Positions 58,481 to 62,325 of a stretch of 62,325 bases of DNA are shown here, in pieces; the first letter of the stretch is position 1, and the number at the start of each line of letters is the position of its first letter. The stretch is from Sedimenticola sp. (GTDB lineage: Bacteria > Pseudomonadota > Gammaproteobacteria > Chromatiales > Chromatiaceae): positions 1 to 62,325 of the forward strand of contig JALVEB010000188.1 of assembly GCA_027008705.1 (NCBI GenBank), given 5' to 3'. Below the pieces are notes generated by a model. It saw nothing but the letters and a program-made list of their open reading frames with translations. It was not told the origin of the DNA and did not search any database. Made by a program: the position numbers and the translations under genes.

Positions 58481-59533
58481 ATGAATCTCAAACCCCTCCC
58501 GACCGATTTCGCCGATCGCATGCTCGCCTGGTATGACGCATGCGGGCGCAAGGATCTGCCATGGCAGCGGCGCGCCGACCCGTACGCCACCTGGATCTCC
58601 GAGATCATGCTGCAACAGACCCGGGTGGCCACAGTAATCCCTTATTATGAACGTTTTCTGAATCGTTTCCCCGATGTCGCCGCGCTCGCCGCCGCGCCGC
58701 TCGACGAGATACTGCACCTGTGGTCCGGGCTCGGTTACTATGCCCGCGCGCGCAACCTGCACCGTGCCGCGCAGCTCATCGTCGATGACTTCGGCGGGCG
58801 TTTTCCGTGTGATATCGAGCACTTGCGCGCACTGCCCGGTATCGGGCGCTCCACCGCCGGGGCGATTCTGTCGCTGGGCGTCGGACAACGCCAGCCGATT
58901 CTGGACGGCAACGTCAAGCGCGTGCTCGCGCGTTGCTTCGGTGTCGAAGGCTGGCCGGGACAGGCGGCGGTGCAGCGGGAACTCTGGGCCTTGGCGGAAC
59001 GGCTGACGCCGGGTGAGCGCTGCGCCGACTACAATCAGGCGATGATGGATCTCGGCGCCACCCTCTGCCAGCGCGCCGGCCCCGAGTGTCCGCGCTGCCC
59101 GCTGTACAAGGATTGCATCGCGCGGCGGCATGGGCGTCAGGCCGAGCTGCCCGGTCGTCGGCCAAGGCGGGCTTCGCCGGTGCGTGCGACGCGCATGCTG
59201 GCGTTGCGCGACGCCGACGGTCGGGTGTTGTTGCAGCGGCGACCGCCGAGCGGCGTCTGGGGTGGCCTGTGGTCGCTGCCGGAGTGGGATGACGACGAAT
59301 GCCGCAACCGCTATCCATGGCTGGACCTGAGCGCCGGCATGGCGCTGCCGGCGCGGCGCCATGCCTTCAGCCATTTCCAGCTCGAGATCACTCCGTGGCT
59401 GATCACCCCGGTGAAAGGCGGGGATTCGGTGATGGATGCCCCCGACCTGCTCTGGTATAACGGCGACAGCGAAACCATCGGCCTGGCCGCGCCGGTCAGC
59501 CGCATTCTGCAAGAGATCGAGGAGTATCCCTGA
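58481..59533 (+). CDS. mutY: A/G-specific adenine DNA glycosylase
   Basis: [23 protein letters not shown], HhH-GPD region, Fe-S cluster [17 protein letters not shown] and a NUDIX-like C-terminus. Confidence 0.92.
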   Translation: MNLKPLPTDFADRMLAWYDACGRKDLPWQRRADPYATWISEIMLQQTRVATVIPYYERFLNRFPDVAALAAAPLDEILHLWSGLGYYARARNLHRAAQLIVDDFGGRFPCDIEHLRALPGIGRSTAGAILSLGVGQRQPILDGNVKRVLARCFGVEGWPGQAAVQRELWALAERLTPGERCADYNQAMMDLGATLCQRAGPECPRCPLYKDCIARRHGRQAELPGRRPRRASPVRATRMLALRDADGRVLLQRRPPSGVWGGLWSLPEWDDDECRNRYPWLDLSAGMALPARRHAFSHFQLEITPWLITPVKGGDSVMDAPDLLWYNGDSETIGLAAPVSRILQEIEEYP

Positions 59534-59799
59534 TGGCGAGAACCGTGAATTGCATCAAGCTTGGCCGCGAGGCCGAGGGTCTGGAGCGGCCGCCGTATCC
59601 GGGCGACCTGGGCCAGCGCATCTTCGAGCAGGTCTCGAAAGAGGCCTGGAGCGAGTGGTTGAAACACCAGACCATGTTGATCAACGAATACCGCCTCAGT
59701 CCGGTCGACCCGAAGGCGCGCGAGTTTCTTGAAAAACAGATGGAAGCCTTCTTCTTCGGTGATGGCGGTGAAGCGCCGCCGGACTTCAAGCCGGAGTAG
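59533..59799 (+). CDS. yggX: Fe(2+)-trafficking protein YggX
   Basis: [31 protein letters not shown]...[11 protein letters not shown]. Confidence 0.9.
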   Translation: MARTVNCIKLGREAEGLERPPYPGDLGQRIFEQVSKEAWSEWLKHQTMLINEYRLSPVDPKAREFLEKQMEAFFFGDGGEAPPDFKPE

Positions 59800-59827
59800 A
59801 TTTTCCCCCATTCGGTACGGTTTGCCG

Positions 59828-60343
59828 TTAACGCCGGCGTCGGCGGTTGCCGAGCAATACATAAGCAGCGCCGGTGCCGCCGTCCCATCGAGGGCAGGAG
59901 CAAAACGCCAAAACCTCGTCGCGCTGGCGCAGCCATTGGTTGATGCGTTGCTTCAGGATCGGCTGCGCGCGCGAGCCATAGCCCTTGCCGTGGATGATGT
60001 GCAGGCAGCGCCAGTCGTAGCGCCCCGCGTCGTTCAGAAAGCTGGCCAGCGCGGCGCATGCTTCCTCGACACGCAGTCCGTGCAGATCCAGCGAAGCATC
60101 GGTTTCGATGTGTCCGCTTTGCAGATCGCGAAACAGCCGGCGCTGGATGCCGGGGCGGCGGAACTCCAGGAAATCCGGGGTTTCGATATCCATGTCGGCG
60201 AACAAGGGCTGTTCCTCTTCCGCATCCAGCCCCAGCGGCACCGGGCGCGGTTTGCGGCGGAACGGCGCGACCTTGTCCTGCTTCAGCGGTCGCGCGCCGG
60301 ATACCTCTCGGCGGAACAGATCCAGATCCTCGTCGTCACTCAT
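59828..60343 (-). CDS. Smr-domain protein
   Basis: C-terminal LDLHGLRVEEA...IIHGKGYGS. The start could be upstream (up to 60442). Confidence 0.8.
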   Translation of the reverse strand: MSDDEDLDLFRREVSGARPLKQDKVAPFRRKPRPVPLGLDAEEEQPLFADMDIETPDFLEFRRPGIQRRLFRDLQSGHIETDASLDLHGLRVEEACAALASFLNDAGRYDWRCLHIIHGKGYGSRAQPILKQRINQWLRQRDEVLAFCSCPRWDGGTGAAYVLLGNRRRRR

Positions 60344-60564
60344 GCCGTGTCGCCGTTGTTGCCGTCGCGTCATCATGTCATTATCCATGGGTGGTCGACA
60401 AGAAGAGCGCCTGTTCATTGCGGCGGATGATCCCGCTGGCATGGCGGGCCGTTGATTCGAGTATGGTTACGAAGGGATGTTGATCCGATCGCTGAGGTTC
60501 GGCGCGTTCGGTGGATTTGCCTGGGCTCGTGTCGCCTCCAGGCGGCACGAGCCGGTCTTCGCCA

Positions 60565-60687
60565 TCAGGCGGCTTCGTCGCAGATCTCTTCCTCGGCTTC
60601 GATCATCATCTCGACGATCACCGCCATCTCTTGCGGGTATTCATCGGCGAGAGCGCGCAGTTCGGTGCAATCGAGCGTCATATCCAT
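60565..60687 (-). CDS. Candidate 40-aa acidic protein (unlisted small ORF)
   Basis: Manual translation gives MDMTLDCTELRALADEYPQEMAVIVEMMIEAEEEICDEAA. A GGAGAAAG RBS lies 5 nt (gacc) upstream of the ATG, a 13-bp hairpin (60515-60544) follows the stop, and an FNR-like box lies upstream. Confidence 0.4.
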   Translation of the reverse strand: MDMTLDCTELRALADEYPQEMAVIVEMMIEAEEEICDEAA

Positions 60688-60854
60688 GGTCTTTCTCCTG
60701 TTTGTTGCCTTCGTATAGGGGTTTGCGGCAGGGCGGCGCCTTCCTTGCGCTTTGGATTCCCGGTAGTCCTTCTCTATCGGGAATGGCGTCCTGTCTTTAT
60801 GTACATAATATAAGCATATTCTAATTTAATTTCAAGCTGGCTCGATGAGGTTTC

Positions 60855-60868
60855 TTGATCCGGGTCAA
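60855..60868. promoter_or_regulatory. FNR-like box in the smr / rlmN spacer
   Basis: TTGATCCGGGTCAA, nearly identical to the ccoN box. An AT-rich TAAATT -10-like region follows on the minus strand. Confidence 0.5.
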
Positions 60869-61162
60869 CCTCGACGCAGGGGCGTCCGCCCTTTTGAATG
60901 AATAGCAGGCGGGGTCATCGCGCTTCCACGCCATTGACCTGACAAGGCGCAGGCCCGATCAAGTACTGCGGATCGGGCGGCGGCGCTAAACCTTTGAAAT
61001 CAGGAAACGTCAGGCGAAATGAAGCGCGATTGCCCTGAAACAGCGGGGGGTATTCGTTGCCAGCAAGGGGTGGCGACGGTACACTTGCGGAGCCGTGCCG
61101 GATATCGCCGGGCGGCCTTGATCGTGTCCATTTCCGTGACGCTTCATTTCTTCCTGGAAGCC

Positions 61163-62257
61163 ATGCCGACCACCGCGCAAAAGATCAACCTGCTCGACCT
61201 GGATCTGCCGGATCTGGAGAACTGGATCGTTGCGCAGGGGTACAAACGCTTCCATGCGCGTCAGTTGTTGAAGTGGATACACAAACACGGCGTGACCGAT
61301 TTCGATCGGATGACCGATCTGAGCAAGGCGCTGCGCGCGCAGCTTCGGGAGACCGCCGAGGTGCGCGTGCCGGAGGTGATTCTCGAGCAGCCGTCCAGTG
61401 ACGGCACCCGAAAATGGGTCTTGCAGCTCGATGGCCATAACCGCATAGAGACGGTACTGATTCCGGATCACACCGGCCGGCGCAACACCCTGTGCGTTTC
61501 GTCCCAGGTGGGTTGTGCGTTGGAATGTCGTTTTTGCTCCACCGCGCGTCAAGGTTTCAACCGCAACCTCTCCGTGGCGGAGATCATCGGGCAGGTGTGG
61601 ATCGCCGCGCGACGCCTCGGCGAGCGTCCGCTGACCAATGTCGTGATGATGGGGATGGGCGAGCCGCTGGCCAATTTCGACAATGTGGTGAAGGCGATGA
61701 ACCTGATGCAGTACGAGCTCGCTTACAGCCTGTCGAAGCACCGCGTGACGCTGAGCACCTCGGGCGTGGTGCCGGCATTGTATCGGCTGAAAGAGGTCAG
61801 CGATGTCTGCCTGGCGGTTTCCCTGCATGCGCCGGACGATGCCTTGCGCAACGAGTTGGTGCCGATCAATCGCAAGTATCCGATTGCCGAGCTGCTTGAG
61901 GCCTGCCGCTATTATATTGAAGGAGACAAGCGCCGCAAGGTGACCTTCGAGTATGTGATGATCGACGGCGTTAACGACAGCGACCAGCAGGCGCGCGCGC
62001 TGGTGCGCCTGCTCAGCCGGGTGCCGTCGAAGATCAACCTCATTCCATTCAATCCTTTTCCCGGCACCGACTATCGCTGCTCCTCGCCCCGGCGCATGGA
62101 GCAGTTCAGCCAGATCCTGATCAAAGCGGGTTTCGTGACCACCTTGCGCAAGACCCGTGGCGACGATATCGATGCCGCCTGTGGGCAGTTGGTCGGCCAG
62201 GTCAGGGATCGCAGCCGGCGTCAGTTGGTGGGCCTGAAGTCCGGAGCGCGCGGATGA
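61163..62257 (+). CDS. rlmN: Dual-specificity 23S rRNA/tRNA adenine-C2 methyltransferase RlmN (radical SAM)
   Basis: [22 protein letters not shown] radical-SAM CX3CX2C motif. The start is moved to [13 protein letters not shown]. Confidence 0.92.
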   Translation: MPTTAQKINLLDLDLPDLENWIVAQGYKRFHARQLLKWIHKHGVTDFDRMTDLSKALRAQLRETAEVRVPEVILEQPSSDGTRKWVLQLDGHNRIETVLIPDHTGRRNTLCVSSQVGCALECRFCSTARQGFNRNLSVAEIIGQVWIAARRLGERPLTNVVMMGMGEPLANFDNVVKAMNLMQYELAYSLSKHRVTLSTSGVVPALYRLKEVSDVCLAVSLHAPDDALRNELVPINRKYPIAELLEACRYYIEGDKRRKVTFEYVMIDGVNDSDQQARALVRLLSRVPSKINLIPFNPFPGTDYRCSSPRRMEQFSQILIKAGFVTTLRKTRGDDIDAACGQLVGQVRDRSRRQLVGLKSGARG

Positions 62258-62325
62258 TGCGGCGGCTTGGGTCGCTTGGGCTGGTGGCGATGCTGGCGCT
62301 GATGGGCTGCACCCCGGGTAATCTC
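62254..62325 (+). CDS. 5' end of a lipoprotein gene (position typical of pilW), partial
   Basis: [24 protein letters not shown] has the lipobox LMGC. ATGA overlap with the rlmN stop. Only 24 codons are visible. Confidence 0.5.
   Translation, partial: MMRRLGSLGLVAMLALMGCTPGNL

Noticed and set aside
58391-59533. Possible genomic island integrated at tRNA-Gly
   Set aside because: No integrase, no direct repeat of the tRNA 3' end and no compositional break. The tRNA is followed directly by the housekeeping genes mutY and yggX.

Overview
High-GC (roughly mid-60s %) chromosomal segment that looks like a gammaproteobacterial sulfur-oxidising chemolithotroph. All gene calls come from reading the supplied translations for motifs; no database search was possible.

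Gene content, left to right:
- A compact soxXYZA thiosulfate-oxidation operon (minus strand), then maf and gor.
- A signalling block: a DUF2892 membrane protein, a Crp/Fnr regulator, a REC protein with degenerate GGDEF/EAL-like regions, and a divergent hybrid histidine kinase.
- A rhodanese, a GIY-YIG protein, an FmdB zinc ribbon and an SQR-like flavoprotein.
- Two small hypotheticals coupled to a DinG/YoaA-type helicase, then tsaB and an orphan 342-aa protein.
- A minus-strand operon of an HAO-family octaheme cytochrome c, an Amt ammonium channel and a nine-heme cytochrome c fused to a membrane cytochrome-b-like domain.
- A pilin-like/ankyrin-repeat protein coupled to glnD and map.
- The conserved rpsB-tsf-pyrH-frr-uppS-cdsA-dxr-rseP-bamA-skp-lpxD-fabZ-lpxA-lpxB-rnhB block, then a PHP phosphoesterase, yciO and pgi.
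- ccoNOQP plus ccoG and ccoH, and fnr/anr.
- An ABC-2 exporter pair, a nitroreductase and apbC/mrp.
- tRNA-Gly(CCC), mutY, yggX, an Smr protein, rlmN and the start of a lipoprotein.

Most interesting observations:
1. The hao-like/amt/multiheme-cytochrome-b operon is preceded by a near-consensus sigma54 -24/-12 promoter and, further upstream, a near-perfect NtrC-type palindrome. This suggests a nitrogen-limitation-induced periplasmic N-oxide-to-ammonium module with dedicated ammonium uptake.
2. A ~100-165 bp MITE-like element with ~26-bp terminal inverted repeats occurs at least five times. Most copies sit directly upstream of gene starts, and one supplies a stop codon.
3. There are three FNR-type boxes, one of them upstream of an unlisted 40-codon acidic ORF.

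No CRISPR array, rRNA, prophage or integrase was seen. Many long antisense ORFs in the track are GC-driven artefacts.
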